Shown one piece after another: positions 1 to 11,900 of a stretch of 64,000 bases of DNA. The stretch's first letter is position 1, and the number at the start of each line of letters is the position of its first letter. The DNA is from Tubiluchus corallicola. Its lineage: Eukaryota; Animalia; Priapulida. The stretch is taken from assembly GCA_030141605.1 (NCBI GenBank), contig JAQGDQ010000169.1, forward strand, positions 186,001 to 250,000, written 5' to 3'. The position numbers and the translations under genes were made by a program. The notes beneath the pieces were generated by a model that worked only from the letters and a program-made list of their open reading frames with translations, was not told the origin of the DNA and ran no database searches.

Positions 1-3000
1 CCATTTCATGACCTCGGATCATTTTGCTACTAAGTTTATCGTTCTATGTTGTTTCTAAGCTGAGATAATCCACGTTGAAGTTGAAGTGCAGGTTACATGC
101 TGAAAAATTTCACTTTGAGAAAATCGTTATTAAAGTTAGCCATTGTTTTTGTCGCAATTCTGCAAAACACTTAGCAACCAGACAAATGTTGGTTGCTACA
201 GACTTTGCAAGAAAACATTGATGTAATGTTTAGATATAGTAGATGACTCTTTCTGACAAAGATCTGGGCTTGTCAACAGAAAAAACCTGAAGCAAAATGA
301 CTGCTTCCACGAGCTACTATCGGGGTTTGAACATGCAAGTTTTTTACAAAGCAGTACTAGTTTCCAGCCAGAAAAGTGGGCATGGGGTTACAAAATTAGA
401 TTTTTAGTATTTTTTTCAACATTTTCTTGATAATTTGATACTACCATATACAACTCCAATATATTTAGCATTTCGTTTTTATAAAATACGAAAAATTGAC
501 ATTTGACCAAATTTTTGTGTCATTCTATTTTGAAGCATCATAAAGTAGTTTTAACTATGTCGACTTAAGGATGGTTTTGGTATGCAAGCACACATATGAT
601 TCATTTAGAGGTGACCGTAGCCATATTACACAACTACAAGTGTTTCATTCACACTTTTCAGTCTGAACAGAATAGCAACAAGATAAATTACAGTTTTCAT
701 TGTCTCTCACATACCTCTTGCAAACAGTATTGGAGTCTTCAATACTGTTAGAATAGTTGTTAAGATTCACGATATAACTGTTTATTATTTTTGTAATAAA
801 TATAACTATCATAACGTATGTGAAAGGTAGTCCTACATTTAACTTAAATAAATACTGATTATACATGTTGGGAGTCACTTAGCTCATTAAATGTAAGCCA
901 CTTAGAAAAAAATTCTGTCTTATCTCATGAGCTCAAAAGATTATTGAATTGTACAGCACACATACAGATAAGACAGAACCAAATGTGGAAGACTGATAGA
1001 TAGATAAGGAAAGATATTTAGATACGAAATATGGGGTTACAATGAGCTCGCTCGATTAACCTCTACGACTCTTATATTTTAAGAGTGGCAGTATGCTATG
1101 GTATGGAATGCAACTTGTTCAAGCGTCACAACACTTTACAAGTAAAAAGTAAAACTCGCCTAAAACATTTATTAGTTATAATTGAATGCATGTACAAACA
1201 AACTTGCAGTACCGGGTAACCGATAACGGTATTTGAGTTCAAGAGAATCTGTGCATGTGTAACAGTGTAAGTGCGGTGTATGGGTTAGCGTACCAAACGG
1301 TGCAAAACATACATTACCTCTGAATATAAAGTAATTGTTGCCAATATATACGATTCATTATCCAAATTGAAGCCACATGTTTTCTAAGCCATTAACATTC
1401 CAAGTTAAAAGAGGCAAAGCCAATATATTTCGTGATCCAAAGCTTTGGCAATATCCAAGTTGAGCGTCGACAGAGGTTAGTACAAGTTGTACGTATCAAC
1501 CGAGATCCTTAATATTAACTGTGGCGTGCGGAAAGAGTTGAATCGTTTGAGCTGAGAGATAATAAGGACATCCTACGTTGCATTATTTAACTTATTTGCA
1601 CGATCAAGCCATATTCTGATAAACATCTTCAGCATAATTTTCATCATCATTACCATACGCCCGTCACGTCTATTGTAGACATTGGGCAGGCAGAATTCTA
1701 AAATAAAAGAAATCTGCCTTCAGACAGATTAATTCTGACTTTAATTAGCAGAAAAATCGAAAAATGTGACAGATCTTCGTGACTTTGTTAATTTTGTCAC
1801 CACTGACTTACGAACAATTGATTTTGTTCCACCCTCCAAGACCAGTGCTGGACGAACGCCGATAAATAGTTACATGCATTTTTAATGTGCCTCTATTGTT
1901 GCTTTCTATGCTGCTGTTGTTTTGTTTTGCTGTTACGGGAAGAATATCAGGAAGTTATGGTTAATGATACACCGGATTATATCGACATCAAGAATAATGT
2001 TTACATCGCTGAATAAGCATTCCAAAAATAATAATAATGGTTGATTGTGTGGGCACAACATTCGGTCAAAAACAGATTGACTGGCATGGTATAACAGTGT
2101 ACAGGATGAGTTTGCAAGATGGCACTGGAATGACAATGAGAGTATGAAAAAAACATTGACCTTAAGATGAGTAAAAATAGGTAAAGAGGCACAGAGCTAA
2201 AAACAGCATTTTTGTGGAAGATATTAGTTAAAATAGGAGTTTGTAAATGCTACTGGAAATAACTACTGTAGTTACAAGAGAGTGTACTAATTAGTAATTT
2301 TCACAAACGTAGTTATTGTTTGTATTTTCTTTTGAAGACGGAAATTGAGTTTGAAAGTTTAATGTCATCAGTTACGGTGTTCCATAGTCTTGATTCAGTA
2401 CTGGCTACGAAATGCTTTGCCACGCAATTATTTCTGCAAGAATTAATAAAAAAAATTCATTTCATCTTGTTGCATAGCGAGTGTTTTACTTGCTAATATT
2501 TCTTAATTTTTTTGCACTTTTGAAATGAATCACATTAACTATTGGGTCACCAATCTAAATAGGTGACTTCCTTCAAAACAAAGTTTCATTTCATGAATTC
2601 GTTCAACAGGATATTATCAATTTTTATAGTTTCATTAACATTAATAATTTATTACAAGCTCTGAAAACAATGCATTAAATTTTAGTTTTAGAAGTGTTTA
2701 ATGCCCATTTGTTCATCTTAAACCAGTGCGGAAGTTGAAGTGTTAGTTAGTTTATTATTTATCGTTATTTGGTATTTAATATATATATGCTGGCATCATC
2801 AGCAAATTGAAAAAAAATCAAATTTTGTATACTATTTTTATATATAGAAGCGAACATCAGTTATTGAAAAATGTAGTAGCATGTGCAATGCACAGATTGT
2901 GATCAAAATGGTTGCAACCAAACAGGTGTTTAGGCAAGAAGTTTGCGACGAATGTGTTTGTGAGTACAAAAGTTGTGTATGTGCCTTGTGCATAATTATT

Positions 3001-3894
3001 ATAGTTTACCCTTAGAGGGCTCTGCAGCAGATAAATACACTAGCTACCTTGTCTAGAAAAGGTAACTTATCATGAAGTCATTCGCCACACCTTCGCAACA
3101 TAATTATAGTGAATTGTATATGGTTAAGTTATGTATACGGAATGAGACAAATAAACTAAACCTAATCAAGTGTTTGGTCAGGCTATGCGTGGCTGGTGTA
3201 TAGTGACAAGACAAAAATTTTAAATAAAACTGCTTTTAATTGATTTAATTTGTTCTTAAAATGCTACGCTAGATGGATGTTACAATTACAAGCACCAGCC
3301 AGAGGGCACCAAATGCTTTGAAGAACCAAACACTTTCTGATATTTATTCAGTGAATAATTAACTTCTGGCCCAGTCACCTTCAATTATTATTCCAAGATA
3401 TACTAAAATTTGTCGGATGCATATATTATAAGTCTCGTGATGTTTTTGTTAAAAATAAATTTGAAATTTCATATCTGATTCTTAAAACATGACCCCTTCA
3501 GATATGTTACTGAAGTACAGTATAATTAGTAATTACACTTGCTTAAAGCATTTCAAACATCTTTAGACATTATATAAACAGTATAATAATGCACAGTGGC
3601 ACATAAGATTTTCAAAGCTGCAGTTTTTCGTAACATTGCTTACCACCTATATGTGTAGGTCCTCAAGTTTGAACATAAAAAAATTTAAGTGTATAGACTT
3701 TTTTATAGAGTACTGGTAAACATTATTATCATCATCATCGTCATCATCATTATGGTTAACCATACAATTATTATTAATATTATCAGTGTTTGTAATTTAT
3801 TGGTTAATATTTTCATTTGAATCCTTTTAACAAGTAAAGCACCAACAACCATGCACCAACTGTGAGAGGAATATATCCAATGGGTAGACGATAT

Positions 3895-4088
3895 CATTTT
3901 TATGTGGCAACAATATACACAAACTTCAAAGTGTGGCAAAGTATGTGTGATACCGTGGATACCCCTTCACCACCTGTATATGATATACGACACGTATATA
4001 GGTGGTGAAGGGGTATCCATGGTATCCTCGGTATCACACATGTTTCGCCACACTTTGAATTTGTGTATATTGTTGCAACATAAAAATG
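3895..4088. repeat. ~190-bp near-perfect palindrome (MITE-like or long hairpin RNA)
   Basis: CATTTTTATGTGGCAACAATATACACAAA...GGATACCCCTTCACCACCT pairs with AGGTGGTGAAGGGGTATCC...TTTGTGTATATTGTTGCAACATAAAAATG. Arms are ~90 bp and the centre is near 3990. Confidence 0.9.
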
Positions 4089-4391
4089 GGCGAACAAATT
4101 AACATGCATCAATAAAAAGTGTCTGTTTGCATGATGACGTGCAAACAAATTGGTGAAATTTTGAAATAAAAGTGAAGTTATCAATTCAGAAAGAAGCATG
4201 AAAGTACGACGTCGAAATACAGTGAATTTGATCTCGCAAACTAAGAAGAGTTTGCTCATCTGTTAAAGAAGTGGATTTAGTGGAATCAAAGGAATGAGAG
4301 GAACAGTGATTATTTTTCAAAAAGAAATGAAAAAGAGTTCTGCTATTGCTGGATTCAGTTCAGGGAGCGCATTTCGAGAAGTGCAATTTGT

Positions 4392-4773
4392 GAAAGTTTG
4401 AAACGCAGGTTGTACAGAGTGTACGAGTAGAAAAAGCACTATAATTAATTTAAATTTGTAGACTAAGTGTTATCCTTTTGGTTTCAGAAAAAATAGTCGG
4501 GTCTATCTAAACGTGCAGAAGTTAATAACTCCCACACTCTAAACTGTAGTGTAAAATTTTAAAATGATTTACCAATGAAAGTTTGAAACCCAGAGTGTAC
4601 GAGTAATAAAAGCACTATAAATTAATTTAAATTTGTAGACTAAGTGTTATCCTTCTGGTTTCAGAAAAATACTCGTGCCGATTGATCGTATCTATCTAAA
4701 CGTGCAGAAGTTAATAACTCCTACTTTCTTAACTGTAGTGTAGTGACTAGTGTAAAATTTTAAAATGATTTAC
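4392..4773. repeat. Direct tandem duplication, two ~185-195-bp copies
   Basis: TGAAAGTTTGAAAC...CAGAGTGTACGAGTA...GTAGACTAAGTGTTATCC...CTATCTAAACGTGCAGAAGTTAATAACTC...AAAATGATTTAC occurs at ~4392-4572 and ~4576-4773. Confidence 0.9.
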
Positions 4774-5649
4774 AAGGTTACAATTTTTTTAATTAGACGC
4801 ACTTCAAACTTTCTCCCACTTTCTGATTACCTTGTTAAAGTAAACAATAAAGTATGCAATGCGAAATTTAATCAGTATAAAATTATTCAGATAAGAATTG
4901 ATGATGTAGGAAATTAATTATTTCTAATACTGGACCTAGTATTGGAATTTGCTACTGAATAGCATGAAATCAGCTAATTCGATTAAATCTTTAAAAAAAT
5001 GAAGAAATGTATCTTTAGTGCATGCTCGCATCTTTACAGTAATTAACATACCTAATTATGTGCATGACAGAATGACTGATTGCTTTGTATTGTGTAGGAG
5101 TGCTTCCCTATTCATGTGTGCATATATGCAGACAATATGTGTGCATGAGAGAACTGATTGCATTGTATGTGAGTGCATGAGGTGTCGAGTGTGTAATATT
5201 CGTGTATGAAGACAGTATGTAGATGTAATTGATACTGATACCTGCTTTGCATGTCTGATTTTATTATTATCTTAGAGATTTGGTAATTGCATTCAAGCTC
5301 TCTTTTTATAATATCTAAATTTTGAAAATTGTGATGAGTTCATTCACATCTATAATTCGCATCGGTTCCCTTATTTCCGTGTTTCGAATAATAATTTCCG
5401 TGTTCCTTTTTTCGAATAATCTTTTTTCTGTATTCATTCATGCCATTTATTAAGTTAACACTGCATAAGTTCTCTTATAGTGTTGTTTTCATGTTTTAAT
5501 GGTTTATAACTTATTTATGTATTGTTTTATATATACATGAGCAAATTTGCATGGTATATAATAAACATAATCAGAATTAGCTTGAAAATAAAATGCCAGT
5601 CATTAAATACTATAATTGTTTCTCTCGTAACTACACTTTTGAATTTGAG

Positions 5650-5850
5650 AACAGCAGGGATCTATTTTGGACTCACTATCATTTTTACTTTGTGCATATG
5701 ATATTCAAGGTGTGTCAGAGATAAGAATTATTTTTATTTGCTGATGACACATGTCTTAATCAATAATCTTAATGGCTTCAGTAATATAAATAAGGCATTA
5801 CCGGATGAATCATCATGGATTTTAGCAAACAAGCATTTGCTGGTTTTAAG
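5650..5850 (+). mobile_element. Degenerate non-LTR retrotransposon RT fragment
   Basis: Translates in pieces as QGSILDSLSFLL..YDI (compare PQGSILGPLLF), LFADDT (YADD catalytic motif) and SWILANK, with disablements. Confidence 0.65.
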
Positions 5851-5975
5851 ACAATCAACACGTTAAATTTTTGACTCGTGCATCCATCTTAAATATTGAT
5901 TTAATAATTAATATAAGTCTATTTGAATTCTATATAATGTGCATATTGTTAATGAAAAATTCTAGATGGTTTGAC

Positions 5976-8900
5976 ATGGAAGGCCGACTCCAGACTAAGA
6001 TAAGCACACCAAGAACAAGTCTAGGCGTGAACTTGGAGCGTTGTATCCTTGGCTTAAGTCAAGCAAAACATGTGTTAAGTAAAATGGGATTTTTGTTTTA
6101 CGTGTGTTGGTTTCTTTTAAGCCCTTTTCGTATTTTGCCATATTTTGTGTATATGATTCATTCTTATACAGGTCATTAATCTAATAAAATTTGATTTTTG
6201 ATGTTGAAATTTATTTTTCATAGTAATGTACAACTAAAGTGCTCAGATAAAAGTATGAAAACTAACAATCCCTGAATTGATTTGTAGCATTTTGGAAGAT
6301 GTTCACATACATTTCTGAAGCACAGAATTGCTGGAAATTTAACTACTACATTGATTGTGCAATTCCTTCAGTCATATAGTCAAGATGTTAGTCCTTAATG
6401 TCCTGCAATTAACAAACTGCAGTTTACAGAAAAATGCAATGAACAAGGGTAATTTTTTAAATTGCAATCTTAAACTTATAGCTTAAAAGCATAAGTAACA
6501 GTTATATAATTGGATTACTAGTAATTTATAAATTCGGTTAATTTATGCGAACTATGATAGACTAATCTAGTTATGTAATTTAATGAGATGCAGTTTGATG
6601 TAAGACTGCAAAGTGTACAAGAGCAATTTTTGAAATCGTGTAAACTTCATGGCCAGAACTAAATTAAAAAAAATTAGAATTGGATGTCTATTGATTAATA
6701 AATCTAATGAAGTTTAATTAGATTTCTTATTAAAACTCATCAAACACTGATCTCACTTCTCTAACAATTATTTTGCACCATTTGGCATATTTGCACAGCA
6801 TTTGATATTATTTCTTGCAAAATTTTTGTCACAGTTTTCACTGATTTGGTCATAAAATCTATGAACCTTAACAATGAATTGTAGCTTTACAAATACTAGA
6901 TGAAGCAGTCGGTTCACCACCATCTATACTTCGATCTCGTAAACGACCTACTCTTCGACATAGTTCTTGTGAGTATTGCAGTTATAGCCTCTGGAGTGGC
7001 ATACATATATGTACCTGTACAAATTGTCTACTGATTTACTTTTAGTAAAATTATGTGCTTTTCATCTTGGATTTGTATCAAGAAATTAACCATTATATTT
7101 ATAATTTTGTGTATGATAAGTTAACGATTGTTAATTTACTACTCTATCAATATTATTATGTTTAGATACTCCAGGAAATACACAAGTTGGTGTTGATACA
7201 CTGAGTTCTTCAGTTTTTCCTGAAATGCTTCCAGATATGGTATCCTGTTTTTTTTTCAAATCAGTGTTTTATGCAGTGGAAATGTCATTTATAAGAGAGA
7301 TAGATTTTCTTTTTTTATTTAATTACAAACTAGATTTTACAAGTGCCAGAAGTTAAAAAATATAGTTTAGCTTAACAAAGATATTAAGTTTTATATATCA
7401 TGAACAGGTAAATATATTGCGAATATATAAATTTACATATAGACTAATTATGATGAAATTCTATTTATGTTATTACAGACGATGAAACTTGATGACAGTT
7501 TACTTGAGACTACAGTATGCAGGAAAAGGCAGAGTGAGGTACGTTTAATGGAGCTTGATGAGTGAAAAATTGCAGGCCCACTAATATATAGAACCAAGAT
7601 CTTGTGGGTGTTAGTTACTATATCATCAGCAATGTAACGAGATAATAAATAAATTTTATCCTTTATGAATATCTCCATTCAAGTAACATTAGTATTATTA
7701 GCAAAAGCTGTTTTTCAGTTTTTGCAGTGCACTGTAATACACTGGCAGTGCAGTACGTTAGCTTTTATTATATTATTTTAAATTAAGAAACTTCTTAGGT
7801 TAATGCGCAAGAAATCACTTCATCTAACATCACCATGCTTTTGGAAGGAGACCCAGAACTTGCAGGTATATTTAATAATTTTCAATGGGAAATAGTACTC
7901 TGTTTTTCTCTGTTACTTCGCTTACATATTAATTTTCTTACATTTATGTTTTTTTACAGTTTTTTAAACTATGCTGTTGATATAAAGTTTAAGATGCTAC
8001 ATTTACAAAAAGCAGTTTGCTTTTCTTTGTATTATTAGCTTACTTGCTTTGTATACCTGATGATGTGTAAACGTGTTTAATTGTAATAGGCTTTGTCGTT
8101 TTTTAAGTTGCTTTTTTTGGTGTGAAGTTTGCTAGTTAAATTATTAATAAATGTCATCTCTAGATGCTCTTTTTTTGCCTTCTTCACAGAATCACCTACT
8201 TTGTATGGAAATTTTCATAGGCTTACAATGGCCAAGCCAACAGAACATGAGATTCTGAGTTTAATGGAAGATTTTGTACAGGTATTGAGCCTTATTATTA
8301 TTACTAGTACTTAAATTGCTGCAGTGTTTCTTTGCTAGTCTGTTGGATTATTATCGATTTTTAATCAACTCCAATTTGTAAATTCAATTATTTTATAAAA
8401 TCCAAGGACACTTGTGTTTAAAATAGAACTCATTTGAGGTTCTGAAAAAGAACTATTGCCTGATCAATGTCTAAACACAAATTTAGTCACTTATTTTTTT
8501 CCTGTCATTTGCTGAAATTTTTGTTTTTTGTGTTATTCTTGAACCTTGTAAGTTTCAGTGCAAACTGTTTAGAAACCTGTTTAAGCTTCAGTTAATTTAA
8601 CAGGTAACATCTGAAAGGGAATCATTTCTTCGATCACTGGCACAAAAGGCTGCTCCTGGTCAACCCAAACTGCGGCGAGTGATCGATAGCTGGACCCAGC
8701 TGAGTCAGGAGCATGAGACTTGGAAGCTTTTACATACATTATATTTTGATCGCCTGCAATCAAATTTAAGCACTGACTATGATGAAACAATGGATGTAGA
8801 TCTCATGGCATGAATTTTACTGTATTTTTTATAATAGTCTGTTTACTCTGTGCAGGAAAGTAAATGCGGGTTTTTTGTTTATGTTTCTTGTCAAATGATG

Positions 8901-11900
8901 TTTTATACATTTACATTATTTCGCTCATTTTCCAAATGAAATGTGGGTGAATCTTGCTATTCTTTTCAATGACAGTTTTAAATGAAACGATTTAAACACT
9001 TTTTCACTTTAATTGCATATTTAAAACTTTGGAAGGTTAAATTCAAAGATCAATTCCTTCAGAACTGTAAGAGTTTGCTGCATTTTGCATCTGTTCTTGA
9101 AAAACTGCTCTCACTAGCAGCTACATTATATTTGATAATTTTTGTAGGTTTCTACTCCTCACACAATGGATTTTCATGCAAAATTATATTATTAAATGCA
9201 TTTGCTTACCTTAGACAAATTAAAAATTGATTTTTCACGTGTAGTGTTTGCACTACAGTATTTGCACTGTAACAATGTACCATATCACTTGTGTGAAATT
9301 GGCTAATGCAGGCAATGTCAACAATCCAGACATAACACTGAGAAACTGGTCTCAAGTCCACTCTATGCTTAAGGAAACATTCCTGTTAAAAGATGAAAAG
9401 ACCTTAATTTTTTCTTGGCAGATCAGTTGGTGTTTTTCCTGGAGCCCAAAATAGCAAACAATTTTCTTGGGCTGTAGCAAATAGGCGATCAATAAAATAG
9501 TGTGTACAATCACACAAGTGTGTACCAGACTAAGCTACTCAATAGGATAAGTTGAAGTACCTAAAAATTGCGTGTTTTTTTAATTTAGTCCAATTAAATC
9601 ACTTATAAATGTGTAAAGAAATAGCATGATTGGATAGCCGAGATTCTTCTGAAGAGAACAGTACCTAATTTGTAATAATTTAGTTATCTCTGTGCTCATA
9701 CAATAGCAGAAAAGTCTTAGGTCTTATTATAACTATTTTGAATGGTGCTGTCCTGAAGGAGCTAAACTTGCACACCCGATGTTTTTTCAATGTTTTTAAA
9801 TTACCATGTCATTTTATTTATAGGGTCCAAATATAACTGAGCGTGAAATTATAGACAATTTGTACAAGAAGGATTCTTTAACGAGGCAGAATCAGGTAGG
9901 GTTACTCCTGGTTTCATGGAAACTGAGGCTTTTTTGCATTATGCTGATGTAAGTTTATACATTAAATAACGTATGCCGTCCATATCAGATATTGTGAAAT
10001 CGGGGAGTGATGCTCACGAAACTATTAAAAAAATCATTTCAAATCTATAACACTAATTGTTCAATAGATTCTACTTACTATGTATTCCCATTTTTCACTT
10101 CTTGGTCTCATGCATCTTGCTAAACTAGCCAGATATAATGTTTTTTGCTTTGGGTTCAGCATTGATATCAAGCTTAAAAAGTGATCCATTGTATATACAA
10201 TACGAACAAAACACATGATGAATTCTTTTATCTGTCGCAAGCCAATTATGATTTAGAAACAGCTGTAAAAATTGCAGTGAATGTCTATAACACAAATTAT
10301 TTAAATTTAAATATATTTGAAGAATTGATGTATAACATTAAATCATTTTTGCAAGTTTTTGGCTAAAATGGCATAATAATTTCTACATAGTTTATAGTGT
10401 TTGCTTTTTCTAAAAATCCATGTGTTATCTGTTGTGTTAACTTTTTTGTATTGTACAATGTGAATGTAGTGATTATTGCGTATAATTTAAATTTTTGCTA
10501 GAATTCAAGTTAGTTTAACTTTTGTGTTCTTAAGGCACAAGCTCATTCTATAATTTCTATAATTGTTTTTTCAGTTGGTTATTGATTGGTTAGAACAGTC
10601 TGCTGCAGCACAGCTGGACTTCAAGTATGACAAAGTGGAATATTTCACTGATTCTTCAGCAATGTGGTGAGTTTGATTTTTATGTCCAGTATTCCAATGT
10701 TGTGTTCAAAAAATTGAGAGAACATTACACACCTTTAAGTGGTTGCCAAAGAGTTGTTTATAAAATTGTTTCTTTTGTTTAGCTGTTTGTTTAAATTTGT
10801 TGATGTAATCACTAGTAAGCTGCTTTTGTTTATTGATAGCATGTCTTTGGTGTTATTATTGTAGATACAGATGCCAAGTTTTTGTCTTTTAATATTTATA
10901 AGATTTATTTTGCTTTTTTCATTATAATTGTGTTGTTTGGTATTGCTATCATTGAATACTGTTTGATAATTGATCATATAATGTAACTAATTTACTTTAA
11001 TTAGTAATGGCATTAGTTATTGTGCTGAAGGTACATATTATTGGGTATCAAAATGTAGTTTAGACATGCAGATAATTATAGTATTTAAAAACTAAGTAAA
11101 ACTTAGTATTGGCTTTTGTGAGACATCACTGGTATCTCTAGTGTATTTTACAATACACACATATATGTGATAAATGCAAATTTGGTTGCCATACAATTTT
11201 ATTTAAACTCAGTAGCTGTTCTAGTTCTAATAAGTAGTAGGCAATCAGTTTTTGCAATGTAATAATTTTGTTAGTATTTCAATTGTAATTGACAAAAATA
11301 TTACAGATAAAAACATGCTAACTCATTTAGCAAATTTTAGTTAGGACAAGCTCAATGCTTTTGGCTTGGTGTCCAATTCTTTTCTCATCACACCTGAGAA
11401 TCGAATGTGTTCTTCCAATTATCTTCTTTAGAAAATGATCACTCTTTGTCAGAAACATTATTTGCACAGCGCAACCTGGCAGTGAGAAAAAAGCAGCAAT
11501 AATGGAAAAACAGGAAGTTTAACCATGCTGCACTAATGAAACAGCAAAGCGTGAGATTTCCACATTTACCAGTGATGTCATGCTAAGAATTTTGCACACT
11601 GTACATCAATGCTAATATTTTTTCATCTGTCATGTATAGTGCATTGATGTAAGCTGTGATATGAGTTTAACATTAAAAATGTTTTCACTGCTGCTTTAAA
11701 GCAATAAATATGTAAGAAATATATTGTACCAGGTATTGTGCAATTTACATTGATTGATGTTGTAACTTTTAAAGCATCAAGGTTATTTCCCTTTACTTTC
11801 TAGGGAGAATACTTTACACTACTTAAAACAAAGAGGAAAAACAGTACAGTTGAGAGTTGATCGGCCATTAATAGATGAATTTGTAAGTAATTCTGCTAAG

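Noticed and set aside
1-570. Possible DNA transposon end terminating at TTAA (~566-569)
   Set aside because: The other terminus would lie outside the window, so TIRs and TSD cannot be verified.
1318-1697. Segment on the minus strand bounded by acceptor- and donor-like sites
   Set aside because: All three frames contain stops. It could be a UTR or lncRNA exon, but sequence alone cannot support that.
1943-1955. AATATCAGGAAGT repeated exactly at 62195-62207 (ETS-like core)
   Set aside because: Exact 13-mer repeats are expected by chance in 64 kb of AT-rich sequence.
3900-4259. Opposite-strand ORFs with similar peptides (SKCG..CVIP..PLHHLY)
   Set aside because: Artefact of the DNA palindrome at 3895-4088.
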